From Eimeria praecox (lineage: Eukaryota), in NCBI GenBank assembly GCA_963920595.1, contig OY986950.1:248001-312000 (forward strand): a DNA stretch of 64,000 nt, in the 5' to 3' direction. Below, in pieces: positions 33,421 to 47,092 of the stretch (positions within the stretch are counted from its first letter, which is position 1; each line of letters starts with the position of its first letter). Below the pieces are notes generated by a model. It saw only the letters and a program-made list of their open reading frames with translations. It did not search any database and was not told the origin of the DNA. Position numbers and translations under genes: made by a program.

Positions 33421-34223
33421 AACTGTCTTCCAAAAAAGGAGAAGGAAAGACTGTTGATAACTAAGGCAACAAGACACTCCAGAAGAAGTGCAAGCATCTT
33501 GCATGACTCACCATGTAAAGCCTAGCTTGCTCTGCCTGAAGTTGGTGCATACGCTCTTCCTTTCGCGTAGGCTGGCTAATGCGCGCCGCATAAGCGCTCA
33601 TCAATTTCCTGCCGTGACAGTATATTGCATCAAAACGGGGCTTGGGTGTGCTTGCATGTAGAAAAGCCTTGAAAGCAATTGCAGGAAGGTTTCCGACAGC
33701 TCATCCCGCCTCACCGCTATAGCACTAAATTCTCATTCCGTTGCGTCACGACCAGCCATGACAGAAGGGAAAACCAGCCCCCTTTCGAAAACGTTTATCG
33801 AAGAAACTTCGAGCTTGTTGCAGCTCAAAATTTCCGTGTGCTAAGATCAAGGAATTTCGTTAGCAGGAGAACGCGCTCCACACCAAGCGTAACCAGGGCC
33901 CTCTATCTTAGCAGGGTAATTTCGCGAGCTGCCGCAGAATCGAAAGACTTAAATAAGACTAGTCAAGAAGAAGATAGCTTCTTGAGCCTCCCCGCGGGGG
34001 ATCCTGACTATCCCCATATCCGTTCGGCGACCCACGGATATGGGGATAGTCAGGAGACTCCCCGCCCCATCTAGCGTTACAACGCACTTCGCTCGTTGGG
34101 TTTAGCATGGTCTACATGACGTTGTAGCTCGTATCTCTTCGCGCTTGCAGACTTACTATAGATGGCAGAGCAAGGAACTAAAGAGTGTCAACACTACATA
34201 TGCAATGTTAACGCAGGTAACAG

Positions 34224-34425
34224 CAGGAGGGCTTCCTTGCGTGTGCATGCGAGGCTGCCTTGTAGCGCTGGCTGCAGGAAGGTGTGTTTTATCGCACGTC
34301 AGGCTAGCCGTGTCCCAACCAGCTCCAGAACCTTCATCCGGTGTACTCGAGGACTCTCGTTACACACCTTCCTGCAGCCAGCGCTACAAGGCAGCCTCGC
34401 ATGCACACGCAAGGAAGCCCTCCTG
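34224..34425. repeat. Perfect 64-bp inverted repeat with 74-nt spacer
   Basis: 34224-34287 is the exact reverse complement of 34362-34425. Confidence 0.92.
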
Positions 34426-36127
34426 GATGCTGGAGGGGTGGTCAAATGGTTTTGGGGAACTCTCTTCGTTAAGTCTTCGACTCTTGCATCTATGATCGAG
34501 GACTCTCGTTACACTAGGGGCTCTGCTACACTGTAAAACCGCGTGTGAGTGGACCCAGCGACCTTTTGACGCAAACACAAACACAGAAGCCAATATTAAC
34601 TTGGCTTCCATTAGACAGCCTACACACTAACCAGAATGCACGATCCAATTTCAAACAAGCTATGCAGTACCGGGTACCTTACGAATAACGTCGAAGTGGG
34701 GGGAGGCCTATTCCCTCTCATTTCAATTAATATTTAAAATGTTACTTGAAAATTATATTTTTCTGCAATTTTGTGCTCGTGTTATTTTATACCGAAATGC
34801 CCATTTGAAGAAGGAAAAGGTCCTACGTCCGTTGTAGATCCGTGTAGCTAGAGGAAACGTACGCCAACACGAAAAGAATTGGAATTAAACATATTTTTTC
34901 AGCAATTCTTATTATTAAAAAAACATAATTGCCTTCTTTTTGTTCAGCTTATATTTTTTCATGCCGCTGTCGGGGGATGTAGGAATGATGCTTGCGGGAG
35001 CGAGCATTTGCGATTTGTGCGCGGAGGTAACATACCAATTGTGAGTTGAGTAACAGGAAAGCAACACTTGTTTAAAAAATCTACATTGTAAATACATAAA
35101 AAAATTAAAACATCGACTAGAAGCATGTGCTGCCTACAGGGTTGGGGGATATACAGTTTTCGCGATGTTTCTGTCGGTTGCCGCCCAACAAAGGACACTA
35201 TTAATGATATTTTTAAATTTATTTTTCGAAAGGTTCACAGTTAAAGTTTTTCAAAAGGTAAAATAAGAAATACAGAATGTGCTACAAAATGTGCTGAGTA
35301 TACATACTAGTCAGCCTCCGTTTCCGATCGATACAGTTCACCTCCCCGCAGTGAAACTCGCGCTCAAGCTACCTTTCTTGGCTTAACCAGCAAAACTACA
35401 TCAGTATTAGAAAGATAGAAACAATAAATATTATTGCTTCTACTTTTTCAGCCAACGGAGTAGCTGATGGTGGCGAGTTGCGTGGCACCTTTGCATGTTG
35501 CAAATTCAACTTCGTGGAAAGGCAGATGAATCGAGATGAGACCTCCGTCGTCCTCTTTGAAGTTTGTTTCTTTTTCGATCTTCATCACTTTGATATAAAT
35601 AATTCAAGGTGATACGTTGAATAAGGCCTATCTCACCAGTTTGACTGCGCCAGTCCCGTACACCTACCTACATCTCAGCGTAGAAGTTGTTGGAGGCATC
35701 AATTTATTTATTTCACACAACAAACTTCTTTTGTCTTCTGCTCTTCTGCTCAAGCCTACACGGGTGTCCTTGGGGGATCTTCTGGATTAATGTATTATCT
35801 TATTTTACCACATTTCCATCTACCTTCTGTATGCCTTTACTGATTTAACGGCAACAGTTAGAGAGTCAATTCATTTCTTCAGTATTTCTGAAGAGTCAAA
35901 GAAGGATGTATTTCAATTAAATATGATTATCTGCATCGTTTCTTTGTGCACGAGACTCCGTGCACACTAAGCTTAACAAGGAGCATCAACATCAGCAGCA
36001 GAAATACGAACAACTGCCACAGCTGCAGCAGCAGCAAGACCAGCAGCAGGTATTGCAACAGCAGAAACGGCAGGAGAAGTAGGAGCAGGAGAAGCAAGGA
36101 TAACAACAGCAGCAGCAAGCACCACCA

Positions 36128-36439
36128 ATGAGCTCCACCAGCAAAGGGACAGCACGCGCCTACAACGTAGACGGCGTCCCTCACTTCCCTGAGTCTGTAG
36201 CAGCAGATCAAGTACCTGTAGTTATTGCAGCAGCAGAATCTCTCCCTGTACCCTGGTGGGCTTTCTGGCGTACCCCCCAACGTCGCCCTTACAACCCCCA
36301 AATTATTGAAGTCTGGCAGCACGTTGCCTATGAATATCAAATCCTGGGAAAAAAGAGAAAACAGGATGATTGAAAACTACAAACAAACCTGAAACAAATA
36401 TCTACAAACCTCTTCGAACTAGGCTACACAACCCAGCAG

Positions 36440-36480
<41 letters not shown>

Positions 36481-36860
36481 GTTTTTACGTGTGTGTATAC
36501 ATGCGCAAGTAGAATTGCAATTAATTGTTATAGGGAGCCTCCGAAACTGCAAAGAAATTATCCACAGAATTTGAGGCCCCCAACATCCCCAGCCTCTTCT
36601 CCGCTGCTGCCTTCAGAAGATACTGAGGCTTCCATTCTCTATTCTTCAATGAATGAAATGGACCCTCCGTCTTCGGGGGGCCCCCAGGGGGGCCCCACAG
36701 GGGGCCCCCGTCCCTTTGGCCGTCATTTCGCCGGTGGCCTGTTTCCTAACTTGACGAATATAGCGAAGGTAAGACGGGAAGGACAAGTCTTTGCAGTGTC
36801 TGTACAGCTGACGTGCACGTACACCTGGGGCTCGATGGTATGTGGGGTGGGGTGAGGTGT

Positions 36861-36921
<61 letters not shown>

Positions 36922-37050
36922 CTATATGGTAAATGAACGGATAGATACAGGGGATTTCTTGAGATTCTTCAGATCCTATTCGTGCGCCTTTGTGCCCCCG
37001 GTTTTGCTGATTTCGTTGCGGCTTGTCCTGCTGCCGCTGCTGTAGCTTGT

Positions 37051-37081
<31 letters not shown>

Positions 37082-38785
37082 AGTTCACCCGATTGCTGCT
37101 GGTTGTTTAGCTTCTCCCTTTGGCAGCTCCGTTGGTGCTGCAGAGACTTCGATAACGAAGCACCGCGGATTGTTTTTGCTGCTCGGGTTCTCGATTCCTG
37201 GGGTCTGTGCTGTTGCTGCTGCTGCTGCTGTTGCTGTTGTTGCTTCTGTTGCTGCTGTTGCTTCTGTTGCTGCTGTTGCTGCAGCCACCAGCGTTTTCCT
37301 ATTCATTCCGAAACGCGGAGATGAATGTTCGATTTTTCGGGGGGGGACAGGAGGGAGAGGAGAAGGAGGAGAATTCAGAGAGTGACGAGGAGCAGGGGGA
37401 GCAGTCGAGCAAGTGTATGTCTGCCTTCAACGATTTTCTATCCGCTGTTTTTCCAAATACCTATCCTCTTATTTGGCTGGCATTGCCATTCGCCGTCTGT
37501 GCTGTTCTAGCTGCTGCGTCCTTCGGCAACAATACAGATGCGGAGGAAGGGGGTTTGGTTGTATTTACGAGAGAAAATCAATTCAACGGAGCATCCAACG
37601 ATCCAGACACTCAAACTACGTTTGTAGGCAGAATATTGCGTTAATCATCCACCACCACGTTTTAATTTACTTAATAGACTTATACACTTATCCTTGAACA
37701 CCTTAACAAGTTATGTTTGCTGAGGAGGGGTTGCCTCCTAGTGTTAATAAATACACCTAGAGCTTTCAGCACGTGTACCGAAGTACAGGAAGAAAGGCCA
37801 AATATACAGCGGAGAATATAAAACACGAGGAGAAAATAGAAAAAATAAACTTAGAGTCGATAAGTGAAACCAGAAAACTTTGGCTTTCTCGCACACCCTC
37901 AGAGCCTCACTAACCAGCAGTAACCGCATGTCCAGTTCTGCTCGGCCTTGGGGTTTAGGGTTTAGGGTTTAGGGTTTAGGGTTTAGGGTTTAGGGATGGG
38001 AGTCTGAGACCTGTGTCGTTGGTGTTTAAGGTCAAGCACATGAGCACAAGAGATCTGACCTTTCAAGGCGTTGTAGTCCTCATCTTCATTTCGCTAATTA
38101 ATACGGCGGCCTGGCTAGGGTGTATGCTAGCGAGGTGCTTTGATATCCTCTAAAACATCTAAGCTCTAACAAATTAATAATTATAACATACGATTTAGCT
38201 AAACCATTTGCTTGCTGATTTGCCGCTAAAGAAACCAATCTGGTATCTGAACAGTTATCCCCCCAGTGGCACATACTATGAATGGTAGTTACGGATTAAA
38301 GTTTATTTATTTTTTGTTTAAGGGTTGTTTCTTGCTTGATCTTAGGGCTATATTCTTAACTATCATTGTGAATATTGGCCTTTATCAAAAACAAAGCGTA
38401 TCATCCTTGCTGACAACTGTGGACCCCGAGTTGGTGTATTTCCTCTGGAGTGTTGGCATGTATATATTCTGGCAAAGAAACGTACGACCAGGTAAAGTAG
38501 TAGGCTGTAATCCTCGGGTTCAATGGCATGATGGGGGTTTGGGGGCTTTGAGTTTTCTCGGTCTCGAGGTTATCTGCTTCACAAAGCTGTTGATGGCTTG
38601 CTGTTTGTAGGTGTGCTTGTATCTGCATCGGTAGATGTCTCTGCATCCATATGTCTATCTATGTTTCACCCGTGCAACACTGGGACTTCTAGTGCATGCG
38701 CGCTTAAATCTAGTGGCTTATTTGGGGTTATTTTCACTCACACACAAATGTCTTCACTGTTTGTATTTCATTTGGAACTTCTTTT

Positions 38786-38865
<80 letters not shown>

Positions 38866-41800
38866 TGTAAGTATGCATGCAAGTATGCATGTGTGTATAT
38901 ATGCATGTATGCATATATATTTTGCATGAAGTGAATACGCATCGCCCTGCATGCACCTAATGAAGCTTTCCATAGGATAAAATCAGAAATATTTTCTATA
39001 TAATGGCATTTGCGTTTATGAACAGGAAAGTTGTTTTGTGTGAAGGACATTGATGCGTCGAAGTCTACAATTCAATTGTTTGACACATCCTTATTTGGGC
39101 AGTCGTTATTCGTTCTGCCCTCCATAGCCAAATGCCAGGGAGTGCTGAGTCTTCTTATTATCCTCCTAGCGGCCCGACGGCTCGTGCAAAGCGTTATGAT
39201 TTTCTACTTCGAATTGGGGTTTATGGCAAGCATGAACGGCCAGGTTGTTAAATACCTCACCAAATATGCAGCCCTGAGAAAACTCAACACCAAATGGTAA
39301 ACCACGAACGACACTCGCCTTGGAGTAGCAGCAGCAGCTGCTGCTGTTCAAGCAGCAGCTGTTGATGCTGATGCTGCTTGAAATTAACTTCGTATGTAAT
39401 CGTAGTCGCCTGCGCTGTTGTTGAGTGCGGTGGTTCTTGTGCTGCTACGCCTACTACTGCTGCTTCGAATGTTCCAGCCCTTGCAGCCTCTGCAGTGTGC
39501 GTTGCGGATATCCGGTGATACATCCTTTGAAAGTATCGTCTGTTTGCTGCTTCCGTCTTTGTGTCTGTAGGGCTGCCTACCACCTCTGCAAGGACACCCT
39601 ATCACAGCCTTCATGCGACGGCACGAGCCAAGAAGACGAAGACAGAATGGAAACGGGGGGAGGCCTCAGAGGCGCAGAATTGAGGAGGGGCAGAAGCATT
39701 ATTTCCGTCACATCCAGGACTTCGCGGTTCTCACGGCACCCGTCTTTGAGAGTTCCCACCAGAGCCCTTCCTTCACTTGTTCTTGACAAGCCGTAAGGCT
39801 TCTTTCCGTGTCATTCACTTTGCACATTCCATGGCGGTCAGTAATAATAAGAAATGTACGCTTATTGGCGTGTTTGGTTGCTTGCTCGTGGCTTCACTTG
39901 GTTCGCGTATGCTTTGATTTTCATGCATGCTCTCATATTTTTCGTGTGTACGGCCTTTTCACTTCATTCTTATGTGCTTGGTTTTTGTATACTTTTGTGT
40001 TGCTTGATCGTTTGTGTGTACGTCTCCCGCTGTTCCTTCAAGCATTGTCACGCCACACATTTCATAGGTCAATTCTGAAAATATTATAATTAGACAGATG
40101 ATGACCTCAGCAGCATTAGCAACGGCAAAATCGAACATATAAACGAAGGTTGACGACACGAGCAGTATTGAAATGAACTAGAATATGATGAGTGCAATAA
40201 TGAGTGCATCAATAACAAGAGAAGCACCTAAGAAGCAGAAACAGCAACGGCTATGAGCAAAACAATACCGGCAACACCTGGAGTCAACATAGCACTTAGA
40301 AGCAGCAGTCGTCCATAATGACCTTCCCTTCTGAATTCTTCTGTGGCTCACCGGCCCCTCAGCGATCCTAGTAGGGGTCCTTTTGTGACGATTCTTATAA
40401 ATATTCTTACTCGTTCTGTACTGCAGGGAGCTGCCACCTCCTCCTTGCTCAGCTAAAGCTGGAAAGGCAAATATCAGCAGATGCAAACACATTGGTGGAC
40501 AGTTTGTCGATCGCACTGTCCGCATAAATTATTTTCGTTTTCGCTTCCAAGAAAACAAAAATATACAAAGTCGAGAGCTTCGAGGACAAGGTTTGTTTGT
40601 AGCTTTATTTTCGTGTGTGTGCGTATCTGCTTGCGCGTGTCTTTGTTCTTGTTTGCAATCATGATTGTCTTGCCTCTTCCTGCCAGACCCGCTTCTGTGA
40701 AGGCTGTTTGCCCCCCGCCCTGTACATTGCTCTTTGAGGTTTTCGTATACTCTGGTATTTGTCTGCCAATACCTGCATTCCTGTGTCTTTCTCTACCGCT
40801 GTGCCTGCATGATTGTCTCAGCATGTGCTTCGGTGTTTTGTTAACGCCAAGCAATTCTACAAGCGCATCTCTTTATCGGTGTTTTTGTGCGGTGCTGTGT
40901 GCCTCTCTGTGTTTTTGCCAGTTTGTGTCTTTTTTCGATCCTGTGCGTATCTGGCGCTCTAGCGCATGCGTTGGCTTTTGCCTGTCACCTCAGGCCTGCC
41001 GAGCCAATTGACGCGGTCATCCATAGAACGCTGCAAGCAGAGCCGAATCCACCACTGGCTGCTGCTGCAGTACGTCGCTGTCTTCCCGCCTGCCGTCTTC
41101 CTGCAAGGACAGCGTATTGAGGTGGACTCAAAAGCAAAGGCTCGCGAGGTATCGGACCGTCTGTTTTGGGCTCTCGCGAAGGACGCGTCCGAATTAGCAG
41201 CTACAGAGCAGCAAGCCTTTAGGGACTCTCCCCCCAACATCAAGCCAAGGGCAACAACCCCTTTCTTCAGTGATTTTCCTCAGAGCAACAAACAACAGCA
41301 GCACAATGAACAAGAAAGAACAGTCACGTGGCTGGGCAGTCCAGAGCTTCAGAAGGTGGTTACCATAGACCCCACAGAGGAGGTCTGCCGCACCGCAGTA
41401 GCAGCGGCTGCTACTGCAACAGCCACTGCAACAACCTCTGCAGCAGCAACTACAGCAACCACAGCGCCGGCAGCAACGCCGAACTCGGGAGAAGCCTCTG
41501 CAACTCTGCCCAACAACAGCACCGCCTCAACAGATCCAGCTGGGGAGGGGGACTGCAACACACGACTCAATTCGTCTTGCCCTCCTTCTGTCTCCTTGCA
41601 AGCCTCCTTGCAGGGAGACTGCTCTTCTGAGGGTGAAGGGCTCTGTCCTCGCAGCGAGGCCTCATCTTGCGGCTCTGCCTCCGCCTCTGAGGCTGCGTCC
41701 GTCGGCTCCACGCGGAAAGGCAGAAACCGACGCTCCGGCAAACGCATTGCCGAGATCCTGGGAGCTTCTGCTGCGCCTGCTCCTGCTGCCGCTGCTACGG

Positions 41801-44800
41801 CGAGCAGCACCAGCCACCTAATACGCGAAGGCCGCCAACGCCCTGCCCCCGAGGCGACAGAAACGACAGAGACAGCACAAGGAGACGCAGAAGCAGATCG
41901 CAGAGCAGAGGGCTCGGACAGCAGGGCTGCCTTTGGTGGTAGGCGCAAACAGTCCAAACACGCCAACTTCTGTTGCATTGAAGCTATCGATGAAGCAGCC
42001 TTAGTAGCAGTATAAGCAGTGAGGGTGTCCTAGCATGGCTTGCGCGCTCTGCAGAGAAACCCAAGCATGACTTGCCCGCTCTCTAACATTTGATCTACGG
42101 GCAATTCAAGTGCATAGATACGCTCAAACACGAATTGGCACCTGCGTTTGGCTTTTGGGTTTTTCTTTAAGTGAATTATTCGAGTGTGAGTAGACAAGCA
42201 CGGTGAGTTTCGTCCGTTTTGTGGTTCTCTGATTCTGTCTTATATCGTCAGAGGCGGCACGGCGAGGCAACACGCAGCACATCTCCACTCTGACGTCATT
42301 TAATATTGCAATAAGGGCTCCTTCAGTGGACAAAGACCAAAATGAGCACTCTCAGGCAAGTAGTTGAGTTGCAGATAGCCTGTTTCCTTTCGCATTTTGG
42401 GCTTGCCAACCTCAAAAATAATTTTCGTTAGTGAAGGGGGGGGGGGGGCATTCCCACCAGTGCCTTTCACTGTACTTGTTATAATGGCCGCAATTACCCC
42501 GCTTATCCCGTTCATTCCACGTTGCCATCACGCCTCATGCCTTTGCATTGCTTATGAATCCTAACAGTTCGTTATCCCTGCATAGCTTCTTTCCTGCTGC
42601 ATGCTATTCTTTTTCAGGGCCCCAAGTTTGCGGCAGACACACAACAGGGCGTCCCGTTTCCCATGGAGACTGCCTGTGCTGCAGAGGCTTCGAAGAGGCC
42701 CCGCGCGCCAGCCGACTCCGAGCAACCCGCCCAGATGCATCAGGACACAGACGCATACACGCCTGCCTCCGTCGACGCATGCGCTCGAGAGAGAGGAGGC
42801 GGGGTAGGCAAAAGAGACGAAGAAGGCGTTGAGGTGGCGGGCGCCTCACTGATATCACAGCCTCCACCGCGGATTGCAACCTCTAGTGCCAACGGTGCAA
42901 CACCTGTTGAAGATAGTGTGGGGGTAAAGGAGTTGTGGAGGACCTCCTGCCCGTCGGCTCCTCCTTATCAGGGAAGCGTGAGTCTAGAAAGCGGGCCCTC
43001 GTGCACATATTCCTCGTCGAATGAAGATATGGCGAAAGAAGCCAGGCGCACAAAAGAACCAAAACCAGGGAAGGGGGACTTGGAGACCGATGAACTGCCC
43101 GACAACAGGCAGAAGATGACTTCAGAGGTTCTAGGGGCTGCTAACACGACAAATTCTTCGTTCTTCGACGACTATGCCAGTAGCTGTTTCTTCTCGAGGA
43201 CATCCCCCAGCGCTTCCGACTGTCATCTCGCAGCCGCGTCTACCACTAGCGGAGAGCGCAATGGCCCTCAGGGTTCCTCCCGTCGTCTCCTTGACCCCAG
43301 CAGTGCTGGAGAAGAAGACTACTTTCCTGCCAGGAGGAGACGCCGCGCCTTCAAGCGAAATATGCCGGAATACTTCACCAGATCATTCGTTGAAATGTTC
43401 CTCAAAGAAGACGAAGTTGAGGAGTTCATGAAGCTCGTCGACCTAGCAGGTACAAATAAAGTGCAAGCAAATGCATTTGGGTCCCGTAGGCGTCGTAGCC
43501 ATGGTGGCTGCTTAGGTATTTTAAGGCATTTAAGCTGCTTATATTCTGCACTCGCTGCGTGGAAGGGCTCAAGGCGCCCAAGCCAGGCTACGCCGCCTAA
43601 GGCCTGTAGACCTTTCCTTTTGAGCTATTGCCTTTGATGGCCTTGTTGGCACATACACTTGGATCGCCGATATCGAAGTGACCAAGCTTTCAGTGCTTGG
43701 TTCCTGCTCGCTTGTTCGTTTGGTCGCTCGTCTCGTTGCAGTTCCATTCGATAGTTACTTGTTTGCTTGCATGCGCCTTTTCTATGTCCTCGTTTATTTT
43801 CTGAATTCGTACTCTGCTTAGTTTTGTGAAGACTGCGTGAACGCAACTGCCTGATATTGGCTTGTGCAGGGCATGGGAAAATAAACCAGCCGATGTTCAA
43901 GAGGGCTGTCGTCTCTATATACAAAATGCGAAAGGCCCTCCTTAAGTCCCTCACGGTAAATAGTTGAAGGTTAAGGTTCTACCGGAGTTCATTATTATGA
44001 TCTAGTGCTTCGCAACTTTGTCGAGGTTGAGCTAACGAGAGTACAAGGTTGCCCAGTGAGCTGATGAAGCCGAGGATAGCGAGTCAGGATTAAGGGCGTA
44101 TGCTGTGTGTGCTGGTTTGTGCGTTTTCTGTGCAGAGTCAGGCGAGCATTTGCAAGACAGTGCGGCGAATGATATCTGTGGTACTGTGGGTGGCAACCCT
44201 CGTTGCGATGCTGTTGGTATTCGGAGTTAACTTGAACACCGTACTGGTCTCGGGAGCCGCGTCCATCTCAGCACTAGTCGTCGCGCTGAGTGAGTGCTTC
44301 ACGACACATCGTCAGTGTGCTTCGGAGGTTTCTGCATTCTTTAGGGTGTATAAAATCTTGGTGGGGCTCTTCAGGCCCATGAAGGGTTACTCTCTACTTT
44401 TGTGCGTTCATTTAAATTACCCCCTGCTGCATATGACAAGTGAATCAGCAACAAGAATAACTTTCCATTCACAAAAATCTCTTATTCCTTTGCCTTCTTA
44501 CATATGCGTTAACTGGTTTGGAGTGACGGCGTAGGATTGGGAATTCTGGGCTTAGGGTTTTGCACTAGGGCTTCAACTCTTACGTTCCAGGAGCTAGGAG
44601 TTAGAAACGGTTGAGTGTCCAGGCTAGCCGCTTCGCCCACCTGTGCATGTGAAGCCTCTATGCGTTGAAGTGCGAGCTCAGTGGCGATTCCTGACCCATA
44701 GAAGCGCTGAGGCCTTGGATGGAGCTAGCAAGCTTAGCGTTAGTGTAGCAGGGCACACTGCGGATGCCTCCGTATGCTTTTATGTGATTCATTGTTAGGG

Positions 44801-47092
44801 CTTGCATGTGTTTCGATTTTTAAGGCTATATCTACCAAAACTTCATAACGGCTGTTATTTTCGTGGCGTTCACGAACCCGTACAACGTCGGCGACAGGGT
44901 TCGCATTGACAACGGGGAGGCGATGTACGTGCGCAACATCCACACCTACACCACCGAGTTTGTTACGATCCATTCCAAACCAGTAAGAACCCAATTTAGC
45001 CCTTTTGCAGCATGATAGCTTGCACGAAGACACTTGCGTCTGACGGGGACTACGGGCTAGGACTTCGTTGAGTCCTTCTGAGAGGACATTTGCGAGCAAA
45101 GCCGGGCGTCACCACCAGAAAGCTGCAATATTTCCTGCTTTTGAACCCCTTCAGCTCATCTCACGGAACCAAAAGCAGAGGGTACGGGCTAAGTGTGTGT
45201 GTGTGGGCTCTGCAGATAGTTTATAGCAACAGCGTGCTCTTTGGCCGTCAGTTGACGAACGAGTCGCGCGCCACTAACGCAACGTTTTCCATGCCGATGC
45301 GGTTGGATATCCGCACGCAGCTACAGTCCTTGCGTTTCTTAGAGGCAGGGATGCGTAGGGCCATTGCTGCTCGGCCCATGGACTTTGTTAAGGACTCCTT
45401 CAGCATCTACATCACAGACGTGCAACCAGGACGGTGGATGGATGTTAGTTGCACGCCGTTAATTTTATAAGCCTTGCTTACATGAACCCACTTCTAGCCT
45501 CCGCCCTGTAGTTGTTCTGGCCCATTTAATGCTCTTCGAGCGATGGTTTTGTAGCCCAATATGGCTTGGCCCCGCGGTATCTACATTGTAGCTGTAACAG
45601 GCCAGATCAGATTAACGTGCTCAGTGGGCGTGGCAGGGCTGCGCATGCACTCATGTATGCTTGCGCACAAAAGATGCTTTATATTGATTTCGCCTTTTGC
45701 GCTTGTGGCTTTGTATGCTTTTTCCTCTGCAGATAACTGTTTGGCTGAGCGCAGTTGAGGGGTGGGGTAATGCTCCCAAGGTGTTGAGGCTGCGGACGGA
45801 CATGTATCTCGTGCTGCAACGCTTGTGCCTCCGCTTTGGAATATCTTATCAAGAGCCACTGCTGCCTGTACAACTCAATGCCTCAACGCCTACGACAACA
45901 CCAGCAGCTGCTGCTGCGATATCCAGCCCTCAGACACAGCAAACAGGCGCTCCTCTTCACCGTAAGATGCACTGGATCCTCCTTGCCAATTTTCGCTGGT
46001 ATCTGGGTCTTTACAAATTACGTGTGCTTTGGCTCTCACGCCCTACTTTGTACTTTATTTTCGATTGCCACGCTTGGCTCCACCTCTAGCAGAGGCAGCT
46101 CCAATACGCACGAATGGTAGATGCAGTAGGCCCCCCCGTGGGGTAATTTTAAAATGCCATGAAGTATTTTAGGTTTGAGGTAGGGTGATACGTTCTCCTT
46201 AATTTGCATTCTTTAAATGGGAACAGCCTCCACGAGGGGCAAAGCGTACACTGCCTGTGGGGCGGGGGGGATTTCACTTTCCAATAAAAGGCGACCATGT
46301 GATATCATCTTTTGCTGCCAGTTCTAAGCAAGTACGTACCTATTCAAATTTTGAAAGTATGCTTGCGTTCTGCATGCAGAGTTCCACTCGTCGGCATCTC
46401 ATGGGGCGGCAGCAGAAGATGCGTATGGAGCTTGGGTGAATTCGGGGAGTTGGGAACAGGTTAAGGACCACTACCGAGGCAGCCCCACAAGCTACTGCGG
46501 CGTGCCTTTACACGACCTCAAGTGCGAGCCTTCTGAATTCAGCGAACTGGAAGCCCTCGAGCAGGTCCCTGCTGCCTACCGGGGAGTCTCAGGAGGGCAA
46601 TTGAAGCGGAGGCGGCCCAACTCGGCCCAGTATCCCAGCCCAATTCGTTGCAGCAAAACGTCAACAGAAAGCTGCATTTGTCATTGCTGTCGTAAAGAGG
46701 AAAAAGACGAGACCTGTGGGATGTTTGAGCGGACCTCGAGATATCGCCATGTCCAAGAGAGAGGAAGCCGCGTGTTACCATCTGCCTCCAGCAGGGCTTC
46801 TGCAAGATACATCCCACATTCGTTCTGTAAAGCCAACGGGACAGAGACGGAGACAGAGACAGAACGAGAGAGGGGGTTGCCCTCTGCTAATGAACCACTG
46901 CAAAGGTGTTTCAACGGCCACGCCTGTGCCGCCTTCTCACCTGTTAAGGAGGCTGCGACTACGGGTTGCCACCCACAGCCAATGTCACCATATATACCAA
47001 GGCCTATAAACACAGCTGTACAGGGAGATGCACTACCAAGAAGACGACGCCGCGTGTCAGTGCTTCGGGAAGGCGGCAGAGCTTCGCGTTAA
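36128..47092 (+). CDS. MscS-like mechanosensitive ion channel with EF-hand-like segment, multi-exon
   Basis: Exons 36534-36768, 37351-37623, 38031-38134, 38346-38491, 39026-39296, 39571-39792, 40427-40494, 40994-~42009, 42618-43449, 43870-43955, 44136-44289, 44825-44982, 45216-45443, 45733-45961, 46380-47092. Core [42 protein letters not shown]...LTNESR, preceded by [14 protein letters not shown]. Start codon (36128 or 36649) uncertain. Confidence 0.88.
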
